From positions 313,440 to 377,439 of the forward strand of contig NW_005201792.1 in NCBI RefSeq assembly GCF_000372725.1: a DNA stretch of 64,000 nt, given 5' to 3'. The stretch's first letter is position 1; every line of letters starts with the position of its first letter. This DNA comes from Emiliania huxleyi CCMP1516. Taxonomy: Eukaryota. The position numbers and the translations under genes were made by a program. Shown here piece after piece: positions 34,855 through 46,397 of this stretch. The notes beneath the pieces were generated by a model. That model had not been told where the DNA came from and did no database searches. It saw only the letters and a program-made list of their open reading frames with translations.

Positions 34855-35376
34855 GGGAGGGGCTTCTCCTGCGGAGTCGTGCGTGCGCAGGGCTCCTCTT
34901 TGCTTTCTTCTACTCCCTACTATCATCTCGTTCCCGTCCTACCAGAGAAGGTTACTTCCCCCAGGATTGGTCTTCTCTGCCTGCGGGAACACCCTTGGGC
35001 GGCCGGGTGGGGCTGCGGCTGGAGATAGGTAAGCATGGCTCGGTAGAGCCGAGACCCCGTGTTGAGGCGGCGCTCCTGTGGGCGGCTGTGGAATCGGGAG
35101 ATATTCGGCAGGCATATCTCCCGATCTCATCCCAGTGATGGACGTCCGTACGTCCCTTCTGAGTGATTGTGTTTCGGACGGCCCTTCGTTGTGTTCTCCC
35201 CCGTCCGCCAGCGAGACTGGCTCAGTCGCTGGCGGCCGCAGTTCTCTGTGACCCACCCACCTCTCCCTTGTGTTTTGTCTGGGGAGGGGCTTCTCCTGCG
35301 GAGTCGTGCGTGCGCAGGGCTCCTCTTTGCTTTCTTCTACTCCCTACTATCATCTCGTTCCCGTCCTACCAGAGAA
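34855..35376. repeat. Two identical 95-bp direct repeats flanking a 332-bp hairpin-rich segment
   Basis: 34855-34949 equals 35282-35376. Confidence 0.9.
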
Positions 35377-35463
35377 TGTTCAGAGAGATCGTCTGAGGGT
35401 GCGCGCGAAATCACACAGAGAAAGAAATACTATTTGAAAACGGATCATTTACGTTTACACGAG

Positions 35464-37012
35464 TCAAGACAGTGAACACAGGTTCAAGACCGGCTCGCAG
35501 CAAACGTCAAGCTTCGCGATCGCGACACCGCCCGGCGCTATTCCCTGAGCCCGCTTTGCCTCACGCTCACCGGCTGGCGGTGCAGACGCCAGAGGAGGAG
35601 CGGGCTCGTCCATGTCCATCTCCATGTCCATGTAGCTCGTGGGCGGGGACGCTGGTGGCGGAGGCGGCGCGGCCGATATTGGTGTCGATGCTGGGGCCAT
35701 TGGTGGGCGGCCGTCCTGCGCACCTTCAGCAGGTGGATCCCTCTCACCCTTGCGATCAGCACCATCGCTCCAACGCTGCCCTCCTTTAGCCGCCCTCCTC
35801 CCCCGTCCGGCCTCCTGTCCAGCCTCCCCATCCTCTCCTGCCTCCTACAGGTTGAGATTCCGACTCAGAACATAGTAGGTCGGGCACTGACTATCTGGGC
35901 TGTTGGGGCGCAAGCCACGAGCCAAGTCCAAAGGCCACTCTCCCCCGCCGCCGCTAGCGAAGCGCGGCTACGTCCTCACCAGCAAGCGAACAACGTCGTG
36001 GCATTCGTTGCGAAGCGCGAGGAAGTGTGCTGTCCCTCGCCGCTCCCGAGCCGTTAGGTGGCTGCCAAAGCGATCGAGCAGCAGCCGCACAACCTCCACG
36101 TTCCTACAGTTGATCATCTGTCGGTCGCAAAGAAGTCGCCGCTCCCTGCCGGTAGGGACGGTTGGGCTGCCCGCTCTCGCAGGCGAGGTGCCACGGGCTC
36201 ATGCCGTAGCGGTCCTCGGAGAGGAGCTGACACGGAGAGTCCTAGATGGCAGGGGTAAGAAGCTTGCGTAAACCTGAGGCGAGGCGGCTAGTCGTGTCGG
36301 GGTGGCGCTGCGAGCCTGCAAGAGGGCCACGACTGCTTGCAGATGGCCGCCCGCCTGAGGTTGCAGGTCACACGCGCTCAATTCCCTCGAAAACGTGTAT
36401 CCTTGCATCCGCCACACTGCCATGCAATCTGGTGCGTGTCTCATCCCACAGCTGTGTGTCGCGCCTTGTCCTCCTCGCTGCTCGTTTCTCCCACCAAGCC
36501 TATTGTGCAATCTAGAATGCCCACCGCAGCAAGGTGTAGAGGCGTTTGGCGGTCTGAGTCCACCTGTGCGATCCAATACGCGATGGTGCCCGCGCACCGG
36601 TGCTACTGCGCTACCGGGCGTCCTATGCGGCGAGCGACTTGGTGCCCAAGGGATCTGGGTGGCAGGGTGTGGGATGCCAACGGACAATGTCGGTCGACGC
36701 TCCATGGGCGAGCAGCAGCTTGATCGACTCAGCCTGGCCCGCGTCACTAGCGAGGTGCAGCAGGGTGTGCTCTTCCTCGACGGTGGCGTTCACGTCTAGA
36801 AAGTGCTCATGGAGCCAGCTGCCCAGCACGTCTGTGTCGCCCGCCCTTGACGCCGCAATGGCTCCGTGGACGTCGGGCGGTGGCAATGGAGCCACGGCGG
36901 TCCGGCGTGGAGACCAAGGGCTCAGAGAGGCAAAGAACGGGCCTGTGCGAGGAGACGCGCCGCTCCGACACGGATCCGCTCCCGTGCTGTCCGCCTTTGC
37001 GCGCTCTGGCAT
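35464..37012 (-). pseudogene. Ankyrin-repeat gene, apparently degenerate
   Basis: TLLHLASDAGQAESIKLLLAHGA, DRQTPLHLAAVG, DRYGMSPWHLACESGQ and NVEVVRLLLDRFG lie in different frames with stops. Confidence 0.65.
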
Positions 37013-38444
37013 GAGCGGGGGGCTTCAGTTACATGGGAGAGTTCGCGGGTTTCTTTTATTCATTTTCAAATATTTCTGCCGCGAACGGATGGATGGATGC
37101 GGCTTGCGGCCTGTCTCTCCACGTGCATCCTACCAATCGTGAAAAATATTATTGTGCTAAAAGCAGTACACGGGTAGAAACAAAAAGAAATCTAAAGCAT
37201 ACATGTAAGAAAATGTCAGCAGTCCTCCTCCGGGAATGTACTACACACATACACTCGGGCCGAGAGGGAAAAGGCCCTTGACTTTGCTCAGGGCGCAGGG
37301 CAGGTTGACGGCGTCTGGACTCTGGTACCTCGACTCCAAGAAACTGAAGCTTGCACTCGACAGGTGGGAGCGGAGGAACGACTCCGACGCAAGCTCTCTC
37401 CCACAATCTCTCGCACAATCTCTCGATGTCTCGAACCCAGTGAGCGCGGCAGTGATGACTACCCCATCCTCTCCGAAGATTCGTTCACCGGCTTCTCAGA
37501 CTGCGCTGAGTGGTAGGGCCCCAAGGGCCTAGAAATCGCGCCTGCCTCTCCCTTTTCTCCCAGTAAGCTAAAAGTACGTACACTGAGAGAGAGAGCGAGA
37601 GCACTTGGAGCACTTGGAGTGCAGTCATCAGCCTCACATCCAGGACCGGGGAGCTGAGGAGAGATTCCTGTCCCTTTTCAGAGAAAAGCCGCAGACGCGA
37701 CCTCAAGGATTGACGGCCTTCCCGCTTTGCATGCGACATGGATCCCAAGCCGAGATCGACGAGTTCTTCACCATCGCAGGTGTCGACCCGACTCGCCAGC
37801 GACGACTTTGCCATCGGGACGCAGACGCGCGGCATGTGTCGGGCGCTTGCCGCTTTTGTGTCAGCTCTTCGCTTGGCCGTCGTCGCTCTCGGGCTGCACA
37901 TGTCCTCTTGCCCGGATGCTGGCGAGCGCTGGGAAGCGACGTTGGAAGGTGACACCTCCCGATCATGCATCGACACACCGGGGATGAAACAGGAGTGGTG
38001 GAGACTGAAAGGCGTGCACTGCGCGTCGCCGCCCCAGCCGCAATGGCGATGGCAGCTTGCCGCGAAGGGTGGCAAAGGCTGCCGCCTGCGACCGTGTATC
38101 CACTAGTACTGTCCACTAGAGTTGTGCACGATGTTTACTGCTTTTAGCATACATGTTTCGCTCCCGCGAAATTCGAAAGGTAGAGCACGCGAGGGGGGGC
38201 CTAGGCGCGAACGCTGCGCGCGAGGAGGGGCGGTGGGCCTCGCCCTGCCAGGCCTCCCCCTTGACCGAATCCTTGGGCCCGGCCCATTCTCATAGGCTGC
38301 TCCCCACACCAGCAGCCGAGAGTGCGGGCGCGTGGGTCGCCAAACCACAACGAAAGTCTTAGAGTAAGATGTATCGCGCGCCTTCGCTTGGGGGGGGGGG
38401 GGGAGGAATCTTCGCGCCATCGCGCATGGTGAGCTATGAACTAA

Positions 38445-38893
38445 GGTTATTCGGGTCCCTTTAGGGAGGCAAACCCTGCCCGCCCCCTAGAGCCCCAGGT
38501 AAGGCCCAGGTGTGTGGCAAGGCCCAGGTGACCAAAATCACCCCGTTTTGCCCATTTTCGGTCATCCGTCAAAATATCTGAAGATCCTACAATAGGATTC
38601 TCCCCAAACCTTGCTCAGCTGATCCAGCCTGGGGAGAGGACCAGCCCTGGGCAAAGAAACCAGCACCTCATCGGGCTTCCCTGAGCGTCACAGCTCGGTG
38701 ATCGCGCCGGCCGGACACCACTGAGACGGCCGTTCTGGGCATTGAACGGGACCTTCGGGGGCAAAGATATGGGCTCTATGGCTCAGACTGGACTCCTCTT
38801 GGTCCCTTCTGATGCCCTAGGCCACACCTGGGCCTTACCTGGGGCTCTCTAGGGGGCGGGCAGGGTTTGCCCCCCGAACTGGCCCGAAGAACC
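38445..38893. mobile_element. Kolobok-like MITE (~449 bp)
   Basis: ~75-bp imperfect TIR (GGTT.TTCGGG...GGCAAACCCTGCCCGCCCCCTAGAG.CCCCAGGTAAGGCCCAGGTGTG), flanked by CTAA and TTAA. Confidence 0.7.
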
Positions 38894-39287
38894 TTAAGCG
38901 CACCCAGCGGGCCGGATGATCGGGAATCGGGCTACGGGCTAGAGAGCCCTGGCCATGGGGGTGCACGTTCGCAGCGAGGCGGCCGTCAAGTAAACACGGG
39001 TCTCCGAGGGCGATAGCGCCGGGTTCCCTCAAGTCCGCTTCGCAAGGTCTTTTCTCTCCTTTCCCTGGGGGCACCCCGCATTCCTCTTTCTTCCCGCACG
39101 AAGAAATTCTTCTGCTTCCCTTCGGTGTCGCTCCTCATCGCAAACTCCGTCAAGCAGTTCACCTTCGGGTTGCACTGAAAAAGATAACCCTTGGGAGAAG
39201 GAAGTTTGACCCGGGGTAAAAAGAAACAGGTGCGGTGCGACACCTGGCTCCTGGGCAGAGCCGGTGAACCTTCTTTTCTAGAAGGCC

Positions 39288-39603
39288 AGGATTGAGAGCA
39301 GCCTCGCTCTCAATCCTAGATGTCGAAGGATTGTGAGCAGCACTCCTCGCAATCGTAGCATCTCTGTCTGTGCGATTGTGAGCGCCTACGCTCGCAATTT
39401 TACATCTTCAGGACTAAGAGCAGCTCCGCTCCCAAGATGACTGGTGACGCTTACGACTACTTCCAGCGCGCTCGCAATCCGAGCAAAGTCTGGGATTACG
39501 AGCAGCACTGCTCACAGTCCTAGCAACATGCCTCCGATTGCGAGCAGTAGCGCTCGCAATCCTACATCTTGTAGGACTAATGAGCGGCGGTGCTCACAAT
39601 CGT
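39288..39603. repeat. Array of 8 degenerate ~30-bp palindromes with short variable spacers
   Basis: Consensus AGGATTGYGAGC-N6-GCTCRCAATCCT, spacers about 8-15 nt. Confidence 0.9.
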
Positions 39604-39876
39604 ACCAAACAAAGGCCCTCGCGCTGACCCCTTACCCCCTGTATGTATGTATGTAGGTAGGAAGGTGAAGAACAGCCAGGCTCGGACTGGACACCAACGC
39701 GGTATGGGTGGACGCTGGACAGATGAATGATGACGACACGCACGAGCGACACACAGACACAAACAGGCTCACAAGACACACAGCCAGCTGGCTGCCACAC
39801 ACCCATTCTTCCTGTCGTTGCTACCCTTCCCCCCAAACACCTCGCAAGAGGGCGCATCTTGCAACACATCTCCAAC

Positions 39877-40803
39877 ATGCAGTTGCTGCTATCGTCTTTT
39901 GCCACGCTGCACCAGCCTCTGCCGCGATTCACTTGCGCTCGGTTGCCGCTAATCCACATGAACGTTGTCGATCGCACGCCACCGTGGTCATTTAACTTCA
40001 CCGGCGTCGAGCCGACGTACACCGTGACGGACTGGGCCGCTGCTCGTTCGGTGATGGCTGAGTACCTAAACGTCGCCCGTGCGAGCCGCGGTGCCATGTT
40101 TAGCGGCTGGACGTGCGCTGGCGACAAGCTCTCCTGTCGCGAGGCCTTTGGCGACGCCAGCTTCGCGGCTGAGCACCTTGTCGCTGCCCGTGAGACCCTT
40201 GCGAAGCTGCAGGCCGTGGCGACGCTTGAGGAGGTGCGGGTGTACACACCCGCAGCCGACGCTGCGCTGATGGAGGCGGCAAGAGAAGCCTTTTCTGCCG
40301 ACGTGCAGCTGCTGGAGTTGGACGGCGGCGCGACTGCGCTCGTCCGGCCGTGGGGAGGCATGTCACGAGGATCGGAGTTTTGTTCGCTGACGGTCGACTT
40401 TGCGGTGTCGGACTGGGCCGCGGCCGCGCCGCTGATGCAGCGCTGCGTCGAGCTCGCTGTGGTGGAGGGGAAGGGGTGCATCTACTTTGGGTTCAGCCGC
40501 AACGCGGGCTGCCAGCTGGTGTGTCGGTCGGCCTACGCCACCGCAGACGCGCTCGAGGCCCACCTCCGCGGCGCGTCCCCTCTCGCCGCCGCCGTCGGGA
40601 CGCTCTCCGAGGATGGCGAGATTGCGACGCTCGACGCGGCGCGGTTGGATGCGCCGGCGGCCACCCTCGAGGCGATGCGCGCGGACACACTCGAGTACCA
40701 TGGGTGCAAGGTGCAGCCCTTCTCCATCGACCCGAGAGAGGGCGGCTTTCAGCGATTCGAGCTGACAGGCTACAACATGGGGCTGCTGGACCTCAATAAG
40801 TGA
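39877..40803 (+). CDS. Hypothetical protein with two dimeric alpha-beta barrel (ABM-like) repeats, possible plastid presequence
   Basis: Two repeats, V.DWAAA..(G)..(F/Y)GW/F....L.CR.A(F/Y)..A....HL. Hydrophobic/basic N-terminal extension. Confidence 0.6.
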   Translation: MQLLLSSFATLHQPLPRFTCARLPLIHMNVVDRTPPWSFNFTGVEPTYTVTDWAAARSVMAEYLNVARASRGAMFSGWTCAGDKLSCREAFGDASFAAEHLVAARETLAKLQAVATLEEVRVYTPAADAALMEAAREAFSADVQLLELDGGATALVRPWGGMSRGSEFCSLTVDFAVSDWAAAAPLMQRCVELAVVEGKGCIYFGFSRNAGCQLVCRSAYATADALEAHLRGASPLAAAVGTLSEDGEIATLDAARLDAPAATLEAMRADTLEYHGCKVQPFSIDPREGGFQRFELTGYNMGLLDLNK

Positions 40804-41315
40804 GCCCTGACTTCCATGAACCCGAACGCGGCCCAACTTGTCTGCGGACCATACTGCCGCCCGCACATGCAACATGTCTCTGCAGGAAGGAACGAAAAGA
40901 AGCCATCGCGATACGTCCCTGGGTGTTCGTTCTCTTCGTAGAGCTCTATCCCAGTTTAATACGTCGTATGTTACCCACGGCCTCACGTGTGACACATTTC
41001 TAATTTGAATGATTTCCATGCTAGACTCACCGAATATTAGATCTCGCTTCTCGCAACGTTGCGCTACTGGCTACACGTGCACATCTCTCGGCGGGGGGGG
41101 CCGCGGCGCCGGCGGCGCGGGGCCGGCCCCTCATCGTCGTCATCCCTCATCGGCTCAATCGCGCAATGTAATTTATGTATATAAGTTGTATTCTCACGTT
41201 GTGTCACGGTAATCGCACCGAAGGCCGAGACGAGACGCGAGATCGAGCTCAAAACACGGTGTGGCAAGCACGGCAGGGTGATGGCGCTGCAAGTGTCGCT
41301 CTCCACCTCGACGTC

Positions 41316-43026
41316 TCAACAGACGACACATAGATTCAGGACCACGTCGTGGCACTTTGGTGTCGGCGCGCTGGCCCAGATGCTCGCCCACCTCGCCGCT
41401 GGCCCAGAGGCCTCCCCCTCCTCCCCGGCCGCCTCCTCCAGCGGGCCGGCGGCGAGGGGCGGCACCGAGCTCGCGCTGACGACGGCGGAGGAGCGGCGGT
41501 CCGAGTCGGAGCCGACCGAGCTGAAAGTGGACGCCTGCGCCTTGACGCGCACGATGCCGCGCCGCAGCTCGAAGAGGGCCCGCTCGTCGGCGTGCGGCAT
41601 CGGGGTCGCGCCGCTCGCGGTGAGGAAGGGGTGGGAGCGGAGGGACGACGGCGTGAGGCGGGCGGCGGGCTGCTGCTGGAGCAGCGATCGCAGCAAGTCC
41701 ATCGCGTCGGGGGGCGCACCGGGCGGCGGGGGCGGGAAAGCAACCTCCTCGGACCCGATCCGCTGCAGCACGAGCAGCGGCGTCGGGGCGTCGAAGGGCG
41801 GCGCGTGGTGCAGCCAGAGGAAGAGGCAGACGCCGTACGCCCACCAGTCGGCCGCGTAGGAGGAGTAGCCGCCCGCCGACCGCTCGCCTAGAGCGCGGGT
41901 ACCGCCCCGCTCAACCGCCCCCGCCCCCGCCCCCCTCTCGCGCGGCGGCGCGGCTCTGCACCGACGTGGCACATCTCCGGCGCGAAGAAGGCAATCGTGC
42001 CTACAGGCTCGTCCGCAACGATCTCCCACTCCGGACGTGGCACACACACGCAGCGCAGTCGAGGGCTGTCGAGCCGGCGGTCGCGCGCACGTAGTCCGCG
42101 CCGAGGGTGCCTCCCACCGGAGCGTCGCGCGAGTGCGATAGGAGCGCCGCCGTCCCAAAGTCGGTCAGCTTTGCGCGCCTCTGCTCCGGGTCCCAGAGGA
42201 TGTTGTCTGCGCACGCGTCGGGAGGCGGTCGTGGACGTGTCGTGGACGTGTCGTGGGCGCGGTGGATGGGCGTGCTGGCGGCACGAGCGGGTCACAGAGG
42301 TGTCTGCCGATCGAGCTTAGGGAGGTTGCGACGGGGCGGGTGGAGAGGGTGCGCGGACTCTCTGTCTGCGTCTGCCTGGCTTGACGTCCCTGTGCGCGAC
42401 TCCGTGGATGTGCAGGTGCTCCAGGCCGAGGTAGACCTGAAGCAGGGGGCAGGGGGTGGATGGGCCGCGGCGGAGGCGCTGCCACCCCTTCCCTCGGCGC
42501 CGCGCGCCTCCCTCAGCCAGTGGCGGAGGTCCTCCTCCGGGATAGACTCGCGCCGCGCCACGGGCCGCTGCAGCGTCCAGCCGCGCACGCACTCCATGAC
42601 GAGGAACTGCTGGTCGCACCGCGGATCGTCGATGAGCTCGTACAGCCGCACGATGTTGGGGTGCTGCAGCCGCGACATCACCTCAAACTCTCGCTCTATC
42701 GAGTTGTTTTCGGTGCCGCTCGCGTTGCCGCGGCTGGTGCGGCTGCTTCCGACCGAGATTGGCCGGGAGAGCGACGGACGGGACGGTTCGTCGGCCGGCA
42801 CAGAGGACGGGCGGGTCAGAGTCGGCCGTCTGAGCGATCTTCGCTCTGGGGCGGGCCTGCGGAGGATCTTGATGGCGTAGTCCTGGCCGGAGCTGGACGC
42901 TCTGTGCACGGTGCCGTACGAGCCGACGCCCAGGATCTGGTGCACGCTGTACTGGTTGACGCGCTCCACCACGTCGTGGTCGTTGAGCGCGGTCTCAGCC
43001 GTGCGCGTGAGCGGCGTGGCGGACAT
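41316..43026 (-). CDS. Ser/Thr protein kinase, CAMKK-like, multi-exon
   Basis: VNQY..LGVGSYGTV, AIK, HPNIVRLYELIDDP, HRDVKP|DNIL, DFG, GTIAFFAPE, DWWAYGV. Several GC-AG introns. Confidence 0.9.
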
Positions 43027-43762
43027 GACCACGAACAAGTGGGAGAATGGGGCGCCTGCTTGCCCTTTCGAAAAAAGATTTTCCGTCCGGGTTGTCTGTT
43101 TTCTTTCTTTTCTGGCCTGGGAGGGATAGAGTGTCGGGCTCCAGCAAAGGGCCAGTCGAGTCGCTACCACGTGCAAGCCCCACCCGGCTGGCAAGTGGGC
43201 TTGGGGGCGTGCGGTGCCGCCCTGCTTGCTCTAGGTGAAACGTCTAAAGGACGAAGAAACACGAGGGTGCGACCAACTCCGCACGACCCACGGGCGGAGA
43301 AGACAGACGGGCACTAGACCAGGGAGGACTGGGAGAGTGTGAATGGAGGGACACGTGTGGTTCAGACGTCCCTTGTCAGGCGAGCAGGAGAGCCCCACCT
43401 ACCTGTGGCTGTGTGCAGTGTGGCCCCTGATCGTCCTTCGACCTCCAAAAAACGATGCAAAATCCTGCTCGTGCAGGTGGGGACCCTGTCCTCCTCCCCT
43501 ATCCCTCGTTTGGGCTGTGTATGTTTTCTTTCTTTCGCACAACAACACCACCGGGCACGGCCGCGCGCGCACTGGAGCACTAACACAGGTAAAAAGTTCA
43601 CGGTTTTCTCGTCTACCTCCTCCCGCCTCCCCCTATCTCTCCCAATCGCGCGACCTGCACTCTGTTGGTGTTGCACGCGACTGCCTGTTACATGCACATG
43701 TCACAATAATGGTCAATGCCCACACCCACACCTCAGCAGCTCCGAACCAATGCTGTGCAGGC

Positions 43763-44551
43763 TCAACAACAGCCGCCACCCTGGCGTCCGATGCTGCTCG
43801 TCCCAGCGTGGCTCATGTCGATCGTGTCTGGCAGGTAGAGATCCGCCTCCCTCGCCTGGGACGGGACGGGTGTGCGGGTGTGTGCGAGTGCGAGGGGGCG
43901 TGCGGGTGTGTGGCAAGGTCTGCGGCTCGGAGGCGGGCCGGCGCCTCTTGTAGCAGCGAGTTTCGCGCGATGAGCTCGAAGGCCTGCTCGATGTTGATGG
44001 CCGTCTTTGCGGAGGTCTCGAACAGCGGCACGTTGCCCTTTCCCTCGCACCTGCGCGCGGCGGGCGGCTCTGGGCTCGCTTCGCGCCGAGGCCGGCTGCT
44101 GCGTGGGTGTGGGCCGAGGCGCAGCCGCTCACCAGGCGAGAGCCCGCTTCTGCGTCGCGGCGCCCGAGCCCTCCACGTCCACCTTGTTGCCCAGCACGAC
44201 GAAGGGGAACGCCTCCGCATCGCTCGGCCCAGCCTGGCGGAGGAACTCGTCCCTCCAGGAGTCGAGGCTCTGCAGGGTCCTCTCGTCGTTGCTGTCATAG
44301 ACTAGCACGCAGCAATCGGCGCCGCGGTAGAAGGCGACGCCGAGCGACTGGAAGCGCTCCTGGCCCGCCGTGTCCCAGATTTGCATCGTGACGGGCCGCC
44401 CATCCACTTCCAGCTCCTTGGTGAGGAAGTCGGCTCCGATTGTCGCCTTGTACTGCGACTGGAACTTGCGGTTGACGAACTGATTCATGAGAGAGGTCTT
44501 ACCGACCCCCGAATCGCCCAAGATGACAACCTTGAGCAGCTTGCGGCCCAT
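43763..44551 (-). CDS. RAB7: Rab7 small GTPase
   Basis: [60 protein letters not shown] and C-terminal GGCC. Two introns. Confidence 0.95.
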
Positions 44552-44907
44552 TTTCACCGGCGCCTACGCTGTCTGCTATTGCCGCGGCCGCTTCACGCCT
44601 CGGGAGGGAGCAGCGTGAGCTCCGCAACTCGCACGGGTCTCAAGGGGCGCCCGGCCGGGGCCACCTTGCTTCTTGTTTTAGAAAAAGAATTTTGACGAGC
44701 TGGCACGTGCGCGCACTGGCACTAACACAGGTACACCACGGGAGCCGCCTAAGCGACTCCTGCGAGGACGGCGAGGCACTTAGCTCCGTGCACTGGTGCA
44801 CTCGACCGCAATAAATCACGACTCTCACAGTGATTTGGGCTCGGCAGCTTGTCAGCCCTCAGCCGAAGCTGGGGCCGGTCCCGTAGCCGAGAGAGCCCGC
44901 GCCGTTG

Positions 44908-46128
44908 ATGAGTTCGACGCGGTCGGCGGGCACAACACAGGGGCAGAGACGTTTCACGTCACAAGGACGCACGACGCGTTTAACGCCAGTCTGTGCCAGT
45001 TCCGCCGGCATGCAGCGCGCGCGAAGAAGGTTGCTCCTCGACCTCGACGAGGATGCGGGCATTCCGGGCGAGGCGGGCGGCGCCACGCAAGCGACAGCCA
45101 CGAACACGTCAGACAACGACAGGGAGCCCGATGGTGCGGAAGAGTACGAGGATGACTTTGAAGAGGTGGAATCTGACGATGACTCAACCTCAGCCGCACC
45201 TACGCCACCACCGGCGGTTGCTGCCGCGCCTTGCCAAAGTACAGAAGCTCTTCTGGCCGAGCCGGGAGCAGCCGCACCAAACGACCCGCCCAAGGGCCGC
45301 GGCCGCTCCCGTCTGCAGGGCGGAGGGGGGAGCTCTGCGTGGACGGCCATCTCCGTCAGCGAGCTGGACCTCCTACCGCGGCCCATTGCCAACGGTGCGA
45401 TGGGAGCAATCCACGCTGGGGTCTGGCGCGGGAGGAAAATTGCTGCCAAGCAACTCCACGACTGCACCGGGGATGCCGCCATCGCCCTGCGAGAGGAGGT
45501 GGAGGTGCATGCGGCGCTCTCTCACATCAACATCGTCGAGTTGCTTGGCGCGAGCCTCGCCCCACCCCACTGCTGCGTCGTCATGGAGCTGTGCACCCGC
45601 TCGCTCTTTGAGCGCGTGCACGGCTGCAGGGAGGGCCTCGGCCGCCGACTCAGCCTGAGGTTGGCGGCGCAGGTTGCCTCGGGCCTGGCGTACCTGCACT
45701 CGCGCGCCCCACCGGTGGTGCACCGCGACATCAAGTCGCACAATGTCCTGCTCTGCGGCGACACGACCGCAAAGATATGCGACTTTGGCCTGGTGCGAAG
45801 CAAGGAGCCCACGGCGGGCACTCCCAACTATATGCCGCCTGAGACTTTCCTCGCCCAGCCCGGCTGCGGCGGGGTGGACGTCTTTGCGCTTGGCATCCTG
45901 CTCAACGAGCTGTTTTCGAGCGAGGTGCCGTGGGATGGGTACGAACCCATGAACATCAAGGCCAAGGTGTTGCGCGGCGAACGGCCTCCCGAGAGCAAAA
46001 CGATGCCGGTGGCAGCACAGACTCTGGTGCGCACTCTCTGGCATCAGAACGTATCGCAGCGTCCGCGTGCTCAGGCGGCTGCGACCGCGCTTGCAGCCAT
46101 CGAGTCAGCCCTCCCACAGGCGGGGTAG
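44908..46128 (+). CDS. TKL (Raf/MLK-like) protein kinase
   Basis: IANGAMGAI, AAK, HRDIKSHN, DFG, GTPNYMPPE, DVFALG. Start codon uncertain. Confidence 0.9.
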   Translation: MSSTRSAGTTQGQRRFTSQGRTTRLTPVCASSAGMQRARRRLLLDLDEDAGIPGEAGGATQATATNTSDNDREPDGAEEYEDDFEEVESDDDSTSAAPTPPPAVAAAPCQSTEALLAEPGAAAPNDPPKGRGRSRLQGGGGSSAWTAISVSELDLLPRPIANGAMGAIHAGVWRGRKIAAKQLHDCTGDAAIALREEVEVHAALSHINIVELLGASLAPPHCCVVMELCTRSLFERVHGCREGLGRRLSLRLAAQVASGLAYLHSRAPPVVHRDIKSHNVLLCGDTTAKICDFGLVRSKEPTAGTPNYMPPETFLAQPGCGGVDVFALGILLNELFSSEVPWDGYEPMNIKAKVLRGERPPESKTMPVAAQTLVRTLWHQNVSQRPRAQAAATALAAIESALPQAG

Positions 46129-46397
46129 GTTGGCGTTTCGACCCACGCCGGCCGGCGGCAGCCACTGAATTAGCATCGACTAATCAAGCGTTTTATATAC
46201 TCATCGCTCGTGTATGACGACAAAACGGCAACGCAAAAGCCGGTTGGAGATAGCCGGTTGGAGATAGCCGTAATACGATGCTGAGTCCTTAGATCTAATT
46301 GTGCAACGCGCCGCCAAGGTCAAATCCAAACACACTACAACCTCCCACCAATTCTCTCGCGGTGCCCGCCGGGTGCGGGTTGCGTGCGCCTCAAGCT

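Noticed and set aside
35165..35225. Hammerhead ribozyme on the minus strand (stem followed by GAAAC)
   Set aside because: The required CUGANGA core is absent; the sequence reads CTGGC before the stem.
37236..38106. Intact gene
   Set aside because: Fragments in several frames with no recognisable family.
39288..39603. CRISPR array
   Set aside because: Repeats are too degenerate and spacers too short (about 8-15 nt). Kept as a palindrome array.
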